A stretch of 64,000 bases of DNA from the NCBI GenBank assembly GCA_020718085.1, contig DYDB01000006.1, positions 8,510-72,509 on the forward strand, in the 5' to 3' direction. Positions 20,433 through 30,594 of the stretch are shown in pieces. The notes below the pieces were generated by a model, which saw only the letters and a list, made by a program, of their open reading frames with translations, did no database searches and was not told where the DNA came from. Each line of letters begins with the position of its first letter. The first letter of the stretch is position 1. This DNA comes from Micavibrio sp. (lineage in GTDB: Bacteria; Patescibacteriota; Minisyncoccia; Moranbacterales; GCA-2747515). Made by a program: the position numbers and the translations under genes.

Positions 20433-23400
20433 ATGAATATGAAAAGGTTGTTACAATATGTGTTGCTATTTTTTATGTCATCACTTTTGATATGTCACAC
20501 GACTTACGCAGCGGATGGTGATAGAGATCCCGATTTTTTAAGTGGTATAAACGGTGCTAATGGTGATATTTATACAACAATACTGCAACCAGATGGTAAA
20601 ATTATTATTGGAGGAGATTTTACCATTTATGGAGGAATAAATAGTCGTAATCATATTGCTCGTCTCAATGTCGATGGTTCTCTGGATATGAGTTTTGATC
20701 CGGGCAGTGGAGCTAACGATTATGTTCGCATCGCCGCTGTTCAATCCGATGGAAAAATCATTATTGGGGGAAATTTCACTACATACAATGGCATAGGCTC
20801 AAATCGCATTATTCGACTCAATGCTGACGGTTCACTAGACTCCTCATTTACCATAGGCACTGGAGCAAATAATAGTGTGACAGAAATTTCTTTTCAGTCC
20901 GATGGAAAAATCGTTATCGGTGGCAATTTCACCACATATAATGGTATATCTAGGAGTCGTATTGCTCGTCTCAATACTGACGGCACATTAGATGCGAGTT
21001 TTAATCCAGGAACGGGATTCAATGCTTCTGTGGCGGGTGTTGATATTCAATCCGATGGAAAAATTGTTGTCGGAGGTGTTTTTACCAGTTATAACAGTAT
21101 CGGCCAGAATCGCATCGCACGCCTTAATGCCGATGGCTCGTTAGACACGAGTTTCATCGTTGGTACGGGAGCAGATAGTTCTGTCCTTGCAACCGGCATG
21201 CAGACTGATGGAAAAATTATCATCGCTGGACGATTTGCCAGCTACAATGGCATTAGTATTAATGATGTTGCACGTCTCAATACTGATGGCTCGCTGGATA
21301 CAAGTTTTGATCCTGGAACGGGAACAACGGGTGATGTGGAGCAGGTTAATATGCAAACTGATGGAAAAATTGTCATTTCTGGTTATTTTAGTACATATAA
21401 TGGTACAGCAAGAAAATATATAGCTCGTCTCAATTCTGATGGTTCAGTAGATGCAAGTTTTGATCCGGGAACAGGAATTGGTGGTGAAAATCTTATTATT
21501 TTTAGTACAGCCATTCAAACAGATAACAAAATTGTTATTGGCGGAAGTTTTGATAACTATGGCGGCGTTTCTCGCAATCACATTGCACGTCTCAATGCTG
21601 ATGGCATACTCGATAATGTATTCAACATAGGTAATGGAGCGGGAACAAGCGGTGATGTCAGAGGTACGGCAACACAGTCCGATGGAAAGGTTGTTATTGT
21701 GGGAAACTTTGATAGCTATAATGGCGTTAACAGTAACTATATTGCTCGCATTAACGTTGATGGTACATTGGATACCACGTTTGATGTTGGTGCGGGGGCA
21801 AATAACTATATTTATGATGTGGGTATTCAGTCAGACGGCAAAGTTATCATTGCAGGAAGTTTCAGCGCATATAATGGCACGGCGATCAATCGTATTGCTC
21901 GTCTTAATACTGATGGAAGTCTAGATACTACTTTCAATAGCGGTTCAGCAGCAAATAATGTTATTTTTGCTATTGATATTCAGCAAAATGATAAAATTAT
22001 TATTGGTGGTAATTTCACTGCATACAACGGCACAACCAGAAACCGTATCGCGCAGCTCAATGTGGATGGTACGTTAGATGCGAACTTTTCTACAGGGGCT
22101 GGAGCGAATAATTCCATCTACAATATAGGAGTTCAATCAGATGGCAAGATTATTATTGCAGGTAACTTCACTGCATACAATGGCACAACCAGAAACCGTA
22201 TTGCGCGCGTGAATGTCGACGGCACACTAGATACAGAATTTACAGTAGGGACAGGAGCAAATAATATTATTTATACTACCATTATCCAGCCTGATGATAA
22301 GATCGTTATTGGTGGTAATTTTACCACATACAACGGTACAACCAGAAACCGTATTGCTCGCCTTGATGCCAATGGCACATTAGATGCGGCATTTACTATA
22401 GGAACAGGTGCAAATAATTATGTCTATGATATGGATATTCAATTTGACAATAAAATTGTTATTGGTGGCAACTTCACTACATACAACGGGATAATGAGAA
22501 ATTATATCGCGCGTCTTAATACTGATGGCACATTAGATACGAGTTTTGATCCGGGCTCAGGTGCAGATAGCGAGGTTAGCAGTATTGAGCTTCAGTCTGA
22601 TGGAAAAATTATGGCTGGAGGATGGTTTGAAATTTATGATAATACACATGCTGAATATGTAACAAGGATTTTATCTGATTTTCAAACTATAAGTCCAACA
22701 GTTTTTACTGGTCGAGTAAGTAACAATGCAGACGCAAGTGCTACTATGGAGGGTATCATTACGGGTACAGGCGGTGAGAATCCGGAACGTATTATCGAAT
22801 GGGGAACGGAAAGTAGTAATTATAATAACTTTTGTACGGCTGGTGTGGGAGGTATTGGGGGTTATGCATGTTCTATGACAGGGCTTACACTGAACGATAC
22901 ATATTTCATTCGAGCAAAGGCTACAAATAGTATCGGAACAAGCTATGGTCAAGAGATAACATATACACATTTTGAGTCTCTTGCGGAGACCATTGTTCCC
23001 AATGAATTTATTGGAGGAGGTGTCAGTCAAGGGTGGCAGGATGATGAAATGACGTGGGCATATACACTTCCGTTTGATTTTTCATTTTACGGTGAATTAT
23101 ATGTTGCAGGAACGTCAATTGGCATCACATCAAACGGACAAATTTGCTTGGAGGATGATTCAACTTGTGTGGATTATGAAAATAATATTACATCACAATT
23201 GCATGGACCATTTATTGCGCCATTGTGGACAGATTTAAATTCCACAAATACAGGTGGCATTTTCATTACGGAAACACCGGAATATATCGTTATCAGATGG
23301 GAAACGGAAGAATATGATGTCCCGGGAGAGGTGTTGAATTTTGAAGTCGTGCTCTATTCTAATGGTAACATTAAATTTAATTATGATACGCAAACTGCTC

Positions 23401-24089
23401 CATTGGAAAATGTTGTCGCCACGGTTGGAATTTCGAAGGGCGATGGCACATACGTTGCATCGATTTATGATGGTCATACAGACTTTAATCAAATCGACAC
23501 ATCCGCGTGGGGTGACTTCAATGCTGGCGGAAGCGCAGCACAAACTCACTCCCAATCCCTCTCCGCCACTATCCAAGAAAACCTCACTCTCACCTGCGGA
23601 GGAGATATAGACTTAGACAATAATACAACCCTCATCCCGGGCATCCCGCAATCAAATATCACAACCTGCACCGTAACCACAAATGATGCAGAAGGGTACG
23701 ATCTCCAACTCACAGATGATAGAGGATCGAATAATACACTCCAACACACAATACACGGAACAACAACGGATGGACAAATACAAGACAAAACTCCTTGGAA
23801 TCTCACATCTCCCAATGCCACAAGTTACACAGGAGAAGGACTTGCATTCGGCATCCTAAACTCCACCGCAACAAAAAACACCACCTGGTGGGGCACAGGA
23901 AATACATGCGATGATACAAATCAATTCTATGCAGGAATCCCGCAAACAGACACTACAATCATGGGACACACAACATACTCCAATACACAAACAGACACAG
24001 AGATCTGTTATCGCATAAACGTTCCATCCACACAAATCTCCGGAGAGTATACGGGGTCGGTGACGTATACGGCAACAGGGAGGCCGTAA
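20433..24089 (+). CDS. Large secreted delta-60 (DUF5122)-repeat beta-propeller surface protein with C-terminal beta-sandwich modules
   Basis: Signal peptide; about 13 repeats of Q.DGKI.IGG.FT.YNG..RN.IARLN.DG.LD..F; then an Fn3-like part, an IAPLWTDL module and a terminal YRINVP..Q.SG.YTG.VTYTAT domain. Confidence 0.8.
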   Translation: MNMKRLLQYVLLFFMSSLLICHTTYAADGDRDPDFLSGINGANGDIYTTILQPDGKIIIGGDFTIYGGINSRNHIARLNVDGSLDMSFDPGSGANDYVRIAAVQSDGKIIIGGNFTTYNGIGSNRIIRLNADGSLDSSFTIGTGANNSVTEISFQSDGKIVIGGNFTTYNGISRSRIARLNTDGTLDASFNPGTGFNASVAGVDIQSDGKIVVGGVFTSYNSIGQNRIARLNADGSLDTSFIVGTGADSSVLATGMQTDGKIIIAGRFASYNGISINDVARLNTDGSLDTSFDPGTGTTGDVEQVNMQTDGKIVISGYFSTYNGTARKYIARLNSDGSVDASFDPGTGIGGENLIIFSTAIQTDNKIVIGGSFDNYGGVSRNHIARLNADGILDNVFNIGNGAGTSGDVRGTATQSDGKVVIVGNFDSYNGVNSNYIARINVDGTLDTTFDVGAGANNYIYDVGIQSDGKVIIAGSFSAYNGTAINRIARLNTDGSLDTTFNSGSAANNVIFAIDIQQNDKIIIGGNFTAYNGTTRNRIAQLNVDGTLDANFSTGAGANNSIYNIGVQSDGKIIIAGNFTAYNGTTRNRIARVNVDGTLDTEFTVGTGANNIIYTTIIQPDDKIVIGGNFTTYNGTTRNRIARLDANGTLDAAFTIGTGANNYVYDMDIQFDNKIVIGGNFTTYNGIMRNYIARLNTDGTLDTSFDPGSGADSEVSSIELQSDGKIMAGGWFEIYDNTHAEYVTRILSDFQTISPTVFTGRVSNNADASATMEGIITGTGGENPERIIEWGTESSNYNNFCTAGVGGIGGYACSMTGLTLNDTYFIRAKATNSIGTSYGQEITYTHFESLAETIVPNEFIGGGVSQGWQDDEMTWAYTLPFDFSFYGELYVAGTSIGITSNGQICLEDDSTCVDYENNITSQLHGPFIAPLWTDLNSTNTGGIFITETPEYIVIRWETEEYDVPGEVLNFEVVLYSNGNIKFNYDTQTAPLENVVATVGISKGDGTYVASIYDGHTDFNQIDTSAWGDFNAGGSAAQTHSQSLSATIQENLTLTCGGDIDLDNNTTLIPGIPQSNITTCTVTTNDAEGYDLQLTDDRGSNNTLQHTIHGTTTDGQIQDKTPWNLTSPNATSYTGEGLAFGILNSTATKNTTWWGTGNTCDDTNQFYAGIPQTDTTIMGHTTYSNTQTDTEICYRINVPSTQISGEYTGSVTYTATGRP

Positions 24090-24107
24090 AACAAAACACA
24101 TGTGCAT

Positions 24108-24142
24108 AAAAAACCATGTAACATAAAGTTATATGGTTTTTT
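24108..24142 (+). terminator. Intrinsic terminator
   Basis: Stem aaaaaaccatgtaac/gttatatggtttttt. Confidence 0.65.
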
Positions 24143-24177
24143 AGATTGCTTCTCCGCCCGAGGTGGATCGCAATGAC
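24143..24177. repeat. RPE-like half element (AGATTGCTTC...CGCAATGAC)
   Basis: Its ends are complementary to the left arm at 4466-4503 (gtcattgcg; gaagcaatct); it has an inner hairpin tccgcccgaggtgga. Confidence 0.6.
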
Positions 24178-24420
24178 ATCCTTATATTTTAGAGAGGTCT
24201 AGTATGAGATAATACAGATTTTAAAAACAAAAAATAGCATCTTTTCAGAATGCTGTTTCTTAAGAAGTAATAAGCAAAAAATAGATTAAAAATAAACTAT
24301 TTATTGTGTTTTGTGAGTGCAAAATTGTTTTATATTTTTATATTTTTTTGATCACATAAAAGCTTTCTTTTTTGTTTTTGGCATGTTAGAGTGTGAGTGT
24401 ATCAGTTAAGTTATGGATGT

Positions 24421-26124
24421 ATGAGAAAAGAGATCGAAAGTGTCGTTTTGAATGCAATCTCGCGTCTTCAGGAGAAATCTAAATGGACTGTTTTTGATGT
24501 GCCAACAGTAAGTATTGATAGGCCGAAGGATAATGCACATGGTGATTGGGTGACGAATGTCTCATTTGCAATTGCAAAAATGTTAAAAAAAACACCGGTT
24601 GTTGTGGCGGAAGAGTTGGCAACAGAGATCAATACTGCAGTTAGTGAGAACATTTCGCATGCTGATGGTATTGCGCCGGGATTTGTGAATTTTTCTTTGC
24701 ATAGAAAAGCAGTGATAGGGGAAGTGCAAAAAATTGTAAATGAAAAAGATGATTTTGGGAAAAATACAGTTCTAACAGGGCAAAAGATCATGGTGGAATA
24801 CACACAGCCAAATCCCTTTAAACCATTTCATATCGGACATCTCATGAGCAATACGATCGGGGAATCGATCTCACGCATTGTGGAATTTTGTGGAGCCAAT
24901 GTTGTGCGTGCAAATTATCAAGGTGATGTGGGGCCACATGTGGCAAAGTCGTTGTGGGCGATCCAGAAATTCGGTTATGACATCACAAACATTGATGAGA
25001 TCGGTAAGGCATATGCAAAAGGCCATGAAGCATATGAGGCAGATGAAAAGGCAAAGGAGGAAATTCATGCGATCAATAAGGCGGTATATATGTGTAGCGA
25101 CGATGCATTGATGCGATTGTATGCGATCGGGCGACAAAAAACATTGGAGCGCTTTGAAGAGATCTATGCAATTCTCGGTACGAAATTTGATGCATATTAT
25201 TTTGAAAGTGAAACATGGAAGCGTGGAGCACAAGTTGTGCGTGAGCACATGGGAGATATTTTTGAGGAAAGTGATGGTGCCGTGATCTTTGATGGAGAAG
25301 AATACAATTTGCATAAACGCGTATTCATCACATCGCAGGGACTGCCTACATATGAGGCAAAAGAGATTGGTCTTGCTCTACTCAAAAAAGAGACTAATCC
25401 TTCCGATCTGTACATGATGACCACTGCCGTAGAACAGGAGGAATATTTTAAAGTGGTGATGAAGGCAATTGAACTTGTTGATGCGACATTTGCGGGAAAG
25501 ATCATACATATTCCACATGGCATGATGATGCTCACAACCGGAAAAATGTCATCGCGCAAAGGAAATGTGATCACAGGAGAAACATTAATTGCTGATGCAC
25601 AAGAGGTTGCCAGACATAAAATGAGTGAGCGGGCAATTGATCACTCGAGGGAGTCTACGGTGAATATGATCGCTGTTGCCGGAATTAAATTTGGCATTCT
25701 CAGGCAATTTATCGGTAAGAACATTGCCTATGACACAGAATCCGCGATGTCTTTTGATGGAGATAGCGGACCATATTTGCAATATACGTATGCACGGTGT
25801 CAGTCGGTAATTGCAAAGGCACAAGAAAAAGGTATCATGAGTTCTTTTGCACATCCATGTGAAGGATCAATATTGTTGGAGCGACTTCTTGTGCAATTTC
25901 CAGAAATTGTTGTGCGTGCAAATGCAGAACGTGCACCACATCAGATTGCAACATATATAATCAAATGTGCACGAGAATTCAATGCATATTATGCAAAAAA
26001 TGTTTTGATCGATGACAGGGATCGTGAACTTTCCGCATATCGTATTGCTGTGGCACAAGCAACGGCGCAAGTTGTTAAAAATGGTCTTTTTCTCCTCGGT
26101 ATTTCAACACCAGAAAAAATGTAA
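24421..26124 (+). CDS. argS: Arginine--tRNA ligase
   Basis: VEYTQPNPFKPFHIGH (HIGH), KMSSRKG, GPYLQYTYAR and C-terminal LGI..PEKM. Confidence 0.96.
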   Translation: MRKEIESVVLNAISRLQEKSKWTVFDVPTVSIDRPKDNAHGDWVTNVSFAIAKMLKKTPVVVAEELATEINTAVSENISHADGIAPGFVNFSLHRKAVIGEVQKIVNEKDDFGKNTVLTGQKIMVEYTQPNPFKPFHIGHLMSNTIGESISRIVEFCGANVVRANYQGDVGPHVAKSLWAIQKFGYDITNIDEIGKAYAKGHEAYEADEKAKEEIHAINKAVYMCSDDALMRLYAIGRQKTLERFEEIYAILGTKFDAYYFESETWKRGAQVVREHMGDIFEESDGAVIFDGEEYNLHKRVFITSQGLPTYEAKEIGLALLKKETNPSDLYMMTTAVEQEEYFKVVMKAIELVDATFAGKIIHIPHGMMMLTTGKMSSRKGNVITGETLIADAQEVARHKMSERAIDHSRESTVNMIAVAGIKFGILRQFIGKNIAYDTESAMSFDGDSGPYLQYTYARCQSVIAKAQEKGIMSSFAHPCEGSILLERLLVQFPEIVVRANAERAPHQIATYIIKCAREFNAYYAKNVLIDDRDRELSAYRIAVAQATAQVVKNGLFLLGISTPEKM

Positions 26125-26142
26125 TTTGTAAAATATACATAT

Positions 26143-27309
26143 ATGCGTATAGGAATTGATGCACGTATGATCCTTAATCCAAAAAAAGGAGATGCGATCG
26201 GTGTTGGTCATTATACATATCAATTGATCCGCCATTTGCTCATAATTGATAAAGAAAATGAGTACGTATTGTTTTTTGATGCACGTGTACGACAAAAAGA
26301 TGTACGTAAATTTTCGCAACCAAATGTAAAGATCGTCTTTTATCCTTTCTCGGATTATAAAAAATATCTTCCTGGCGCATATAATGAAATTTTGACAGCA
26401 GCAATATTGGCACGGGAACATTTGGATGTAGTGCATGTTACATCGGCGGAAATTCGTATTCCGTCCACATACCGTGGAAAAATTATCGTGACATTGCATG
26501 ATCTAGGTATTTATTCCAGTCCAGAGTATTACAAAAACACACATCGCTTGCGTGCAAAAGTGGTCCACCACTTCATGTTGCGCAAAGCACATCATGTAAT
26601 TGCCGTATCACAGAAGATCAAAGATGATGCGCAGAAGATCAATGATCATATTTCGGAAAAAACAAGTGTAATACATTCAGGGTTGGACGAACGATTCTTT
26701 AACAGTGAACCGGAAAATGGGCATATCATTCCGAAAAAATTTGGTATCACAAAAAAATATATTTTGTTTTTAGGCACAATTGAACCAATTAAAAATGTCA
26801 CACGTCTTTTACATGCATTTTCAATTTTTAAAGAAATGCGTGCAAAAAATAATCGAGAAGAAAAATGTGATTATCAGCTTTTGATCGCAGGAAAGCCCGG
26901 ATGGCTTGCGCAAGATATAAAAAACTTTGTGCATGATCTGCAATTGACCAAAGATGTCCGTTTTACGGGATATGTTATTGGTGATGAACTTGTGCCACTT
27001 TTCACACATGCGGAATTCTTTGTTCTTCCGTCGTTATATGAAGGGTTTGGCACGACTGTATTAGAAGCATTTGCGACAGGGACACCTGTGATCGCAAGTA
27101 ATGTTGGTTCAATTCCTGAAATCGTGAAGGATGCCGCATATCTTATCGATCCAATTGATACAAAGGGAATCGCAGAGGCAATGACGACATTTGCCAGTGA
27201 TGCAATATTGCGTGATGCATACCGTGCAAAAGGGCGTGAACGTGCAAAAGATTTTAGCTGGCACAAAACTGCACAAGAAACGCTTGCGCTGTATTGTACG
27301 ATTTTATAA
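26143..27309 (+). CDS. GT4-family (group 1) glycosyltransferase
   Basis: MRIGIDAR, GTIEPIKN, PSLYEGFG..VLEA...GTPV and FSW.KTA. Confidence 0.9.
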   Translation: MRIGIDARMILNPKKGDAIGVGHYTYQLIRHLLIIDKENEYVLFFDARVRQKDVRKFSQPNVKIVFYPFSDYKKYLPGAYNEILTAAILAREHLDVVHVTSAEIRIPSTYRGKIIVTLHDLGIYSSPEYYKNTHRLRAKVVHHFMLRKAHHVIAVSQKIKDDAQKINDHISEKTSVIHSGLDERFFNSEPENGHIIPKKFGITKKYILFLGTIEPIKNVTRLLHAFSIFKEMRAKNNREEKCDYQLLIAGKPGWLAQDIKNFVHDLQLTKDVRFTGYVIGDELVPLFTHAEFFVLPSLYEGFGTTVLEAFATGTPVIASNVGSIPEIVKDAAYLIDPIDTKGIAEAMTTFASDAILRDAYRAKGRERAKDFSWHKTAQETLALYCTIL

Positions 27310-27329
27310 CTTCAGAATTTATCAAAATT

Positions 27330-28283
27330 TCAGTTTGCTACCGGTAAGTCTCCTGCTTGGCGTAGTTCACGTATGGAGAGGTAGAGGAATACGCCAAGGA
27401 TGATAATCGTATTGAGTGGAGCGAGCCAATAAGGGAAATGTTCTCCAAATGCTTCCAATATCATGATGCCTCCAAGCACGCCAATGGAATACATAGCACC
27501 ATTTTTGAGATATTCATATTTTGCAATGCGATCTATGCCTTTGACCGTCAGTTCACGTACAACAAATGCACCAATGCCGTTGCCAATCAAAATGAGCGGA
27601 ATGGATAACGTGAAAGCAAAGGCGCCAATTACGCCATCGATGGAAAAGCTGGTATCTAATACTTCGAGGTAAATAATTTTTGACCATGCGGACACATTGC
27701 TTTTTGTCTGCAATTCTTTCTCTTTCTCTTCTGCGTTTTTTTTGAAACCGTCTGTGATGAAGAATGCAGAAACACCGATGCTTGCTGCAAGCGCAAGATG
27801 CGGAATTTCTTGGTATGAAAGCGCCTTATATACGATAAGGGTGGTGACGATAGATGAAATCGCATAAAACCACACGCTTTGACGATGAAGAAATCCTTCA
27901 ACCAAAAATGCATATTTCTTTTCTTCCATAAAAAGCCATGCGAGAAAGACAAAAAAAAGATAGACACCGCCTGCCAAAAGAAGAAGAGGTTTTGAACGTT
28001 CCAAGGATTCAACAACAGCGCTGTCTTGTGAAAATGCAGCTGTAAAAACCTGTACGATCGAAAGATCCGGATTGGCGATCCAAATGATCACAAACGGGAG
28101 TAGCCCGCGAACAATAAAGACAGCAAAAAGAATACCCCAAAAAAGAAAGATCTTTCGATATTTTTGTGGCAATGTACGCAAAACATGTGCATTTACGATC
28201 GCATTGTCAATTGAAGAAATAATTTCAAAAACAACCAAACCAATAATGATGACAACGGCAGAAAAAAACATATTTTGTAACAT
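27330..28283 (-). CDS. DUF475 / TerC-like integral membrane protein
   Basis: SSIDNAIVNA, LEVLDTSFSIDGVIGAFA and YLKNGAMYSI. Confidence 0.85.
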   Translation of the reverse strand: MLQNMFFSAVVIIIGLVVFEIISSIDNAIVNAHVLRTLPQKYRKIFLFWGILFAVFIVRGLLPFVIIWIANPDLSIVQVFTAAFSQDSAVVESLERSKPLLLLAGGVYLFFVFLAWLFMEEKKYAFLVEGFLHRQSVWFYAISSIVTTLIVYKALSYQEIPHLALAASIGVSAFFITDGFKKNAEEKEKELQTKSNVSAWSKIIYLEVLDTSFSIDGVIGAFAFTLSIPLILIGNGIGAFVVRELTVKGIDRIAKYEYLKNGAMYSIGVLGGIMILEAFGEHFPYWLAPLNTIIILGVFLYLSIRELRQAGDLPVAN

Positions 28284-28473
28284 TTCTAATTATGAACATG
28301 GTGTATGGTAGCATAAATTTCTTTTTGCGTAAAACCTGTCTACATAGTCGTATGAGAATCTTTAGATGATCACCAAAAGATCTATTTGACAAATATATGT
28401 GATAAATTACCATAATGGGTAGGGGAAGAATGCCACGGAAAATCAAAAAACACAAAATCACGGAGGAATCTCT

Positions 28474-28890
28474 ATGAAAAAAAATGATGATCGTCACGTG
28501 ATCATTTCATTGTGTATGCACTGTAGAAAAGTCTATGGATGCAAGGTGACTGGGTTAAGCGGGCAAAAAGATAAAACATGTAGGCAGTGTGAAGAGAAAA
28601 GAGTGTGTGCGTGGCGTCATTTTAATGTGTCGCAAGTTGGCAAACAGGAAATCTCCATTTCCCATGGATATTGTTCGAACATCTGTATACTTGTAAATGG
28701 AGACAATGTGGAAAATTTCACCACTGATGAAATTATAAACATGCTTACCACGCAGTCTGGATTTCACGGGAATCCGGCTTTGCTCCGACAACAGATGAAA
28801 ACAGTTGAACATAACGTGCAGTCGAAGCTCATCAGTGAAGAAAATGGTCTTCGGAAGAAAAAAGATATTATTTTGAGGATGTTGTTATGA
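28474..28890 (+). CDS. Hypothetical Cys-rich (putative Zn-binding) protein
   Basis: GGAGG RBS and upstream TTGACA; CxxC...C...CxxC...C...SHGYC...C in the N-terminal half. Confidence 0.55.
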   Translation: MKKNDDRHVIISLCMHCRKVYGCKVTGLSGQKDKTCRQCEEKRVCAWRHFNVSQVGKQEISISHGYCSNICILVNGDNVENFTTDEIINMLTTQSGFHGNPALLRQQMKTVEHNVQSKLISEENGLRKKKDIILRMLL

Positions 28891-29014
28891 GAGCGTTTTT
28901 GGTGAATACCAAGGCGCTCTTTCTCATTTTTATTGTGAACTTCATATAATGCAGACACATAGTGGTATAATATACATATTACGTTTATATAAATTTTGTA
29001 ATAGACATAACATT

Positions 29015-29863
29015 ATGCACGCGCAAGATCTATATGCACAATTGGAAAAAGATTTCATTACAAAAGACATGAGTGATGAATGGGCGGAATATATGGAGGA
29101 TGTCAAAATGTATCTGTCGGAAAATTTCAAGACACGATCCATGGGAGTTGTGTGTGATTTTGCAAAAAATATCACATGTGCATATACGGCAGTTTTTCCA
29201 TCCGATCGTGTCATGCAATACATGATCGACCGTGATGTATCTGATGCCGTGTTGTTCTTACATCATCCGGAAATTTGGGATGTTCGTCACATGCCTCCGT
29301 TTTATAATATAAATAGTTTTTTTCTTGACATCTTTCGTGAAAGGAACATTGCAATTTATAATTTGCATGTGCCGTTGGATCAATTCAATCCATATGGCAC
29401 AAGCGTCAACCTTGCAAATGCACTTGATCTTACGATCGAACGTCCATTTGCACCATATCTTGGTGCGATGGCGGGCGTGATCGCGACAAGTAATGTACAA
29501 ACGATTGAAGAATTACAAAAGAATTTTGCACATGCGGTTGGCCATGATGTTGCATTATATACATACGGCGACAAGGATATGCATGAGCAAAAGATTGCGC
29601 TTGTTGCAGGAGGCGGTTTGGGGGAAACGATCGGAGAGGTGTATGAAGCGGGCGCAACCATATTCGTGACGGGTGTATCATCCGTAATTTTGCCAGAGTA
29701 TCAAAAAGCACATGATTTTGCCAAAGAAAAAAAGATCAGTATTTTGGGAGGCACGCATTATTCAACGGAAAAATTTGCATGTCAGAAGATGGTTGCATAC
29801 TTTACAGAAAAGGGATTGTCGGCAGAATTCATCGCAGATGATCCACTTATGGAGGATCTATAA
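29015..29863 (+). CDS. Nif3/YbgI-like dinuclear metal centre protein
   Basis: Motifs HHP, H.PLD, VAGGG and GTHYSTE. Confidence 0.8.
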   Translation: MHAQDLYAQLEKDFITKDMSDEWAEYMEDVKMYLSENFKTRSMGVVCDFAKNITCAYTAVFPSDRVMQYMIDRDVSDAVLFLHHPEIWDVRHMPPFYNINSFFLDIFRERNIAIYNLHVPLDQFNPYGTSVNLANALDLTIERPFAPYLGAMAGVIATSNVQTIEELQKNFAHAVGHDVALYTYGDKDMHEQKIALVAGGGLGETIGEVYEAGATIFVTGVSSVILPEYQKAHDFAKEKKISILGGTHYSTEKFACQKMVAYFTEKGLSAEFIADDPLMEDL

Positions 29864-29884
29864 ACTCACACAACCATAAAAAGT

Positions 29885-29922
29885 AAAACGAGATCAGAGG
29901 GCATTGCCTCAGATCTCGTTTT
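29885..29922. terminator. Bidirectional terminator between convergent genes
   Basis: aaaacgagatc...gatctcgtttt with an inner gagg/cctc stem, between the stops at 29863 and 29928. Confidence 0.7.
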
Positions 29923-29927
29923 CATTT

Positions 29928-30386
29928 TTAGAGTTTTTCTTGTATCCATGATCGCGCGATCTCAAACGCATGAGGAATCGGCATATCCGGTTTGATGTTG
30001 CCAATCAGACGGATCTTTTTTGGTTCATGGTCAGGACGTTCCAATAATTTTCTATGGGAACTTTCATAAGGTGTGATCACCAGGTCGAACGCGGAAAGAT
30101 CACGAATCTTCGTGAGGTGTGTTTGATTGTGGACGATAGCAATAATTTCTGTTTCAGAATTTTTTGCATTAAGTTTTTTTTGCAGTGCAGGATCGCGACA
30201 GATCAGAAATCCCAATTGCGCGGCAATTTCACGTACGGATGTTTTGATCTCGAGACCGCGATGTGCGTATCGATCTGTCCCGGCACTTTGTACAGTATCA
30301 ACACCGAATTTTTTCATGAGCAAAAGCTTTATGAGTAAATTCAGCTCGTTATCAAATAAACCAACACATAGGATCTTTTTGTACAT
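29928..30386 (-). CDS. Low-molecular-weight phosphatase (LMW-PTP/ArsC)-fold protein lacking the CX5R catalytic loop
   Basis: AGGAGG RBS; KILCVG...VQSAGT...DLSAFDLVIT matches the LMW-PTP layout, but there is no C-x5-R. Confidence 0.5.
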   Translation of the reverse strand: MYKKILCVGLFDNELNLLIKLLLMKKFGVDTVQSAGTDRYAHRGLEIKTSVREIAAQLGFLICRDPALQKKLNAKNSETEIIAIVHNQTHLTKIRDLSAFDLVITPYESSHRKLLERPDHEPKKIRLIGNIKPDMPIPHAFEIARSWIQEKL

Positions 30387-30499
30387 CTCTACCTCCTTTT
30401 GATGAATTTTTCAACGTTTCCATGTTGCATATACTAGACGAAGTATGGCAACTCTGTCAATTATTAAGGGGTCTTTTTTGGGAAAGAATCTCGCAAACA

Positions 30500-30528
30500 T
30501 TGACAATTTGTAAAAAATATGATATAAT
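30500..30528 (+). promoter_or_regulatory. Consensus sigma70 promoter
   Basis: TTGACA-17bp-TATAAT with a TGn extension. Confidence 0.75.
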
Positions 30529-30594
30529 CCGATATTAGTATCGTTTTTTGACAATTTGAAAGATTTTCAAAAATTACAAAATTGAAGTTACTGA

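Noticed and set aside
20550-22680. ~165-bp periodic repeats
   Set aside because: Explained by the delta-60 protein repeats; divergence is mostly synonymous or conservative.
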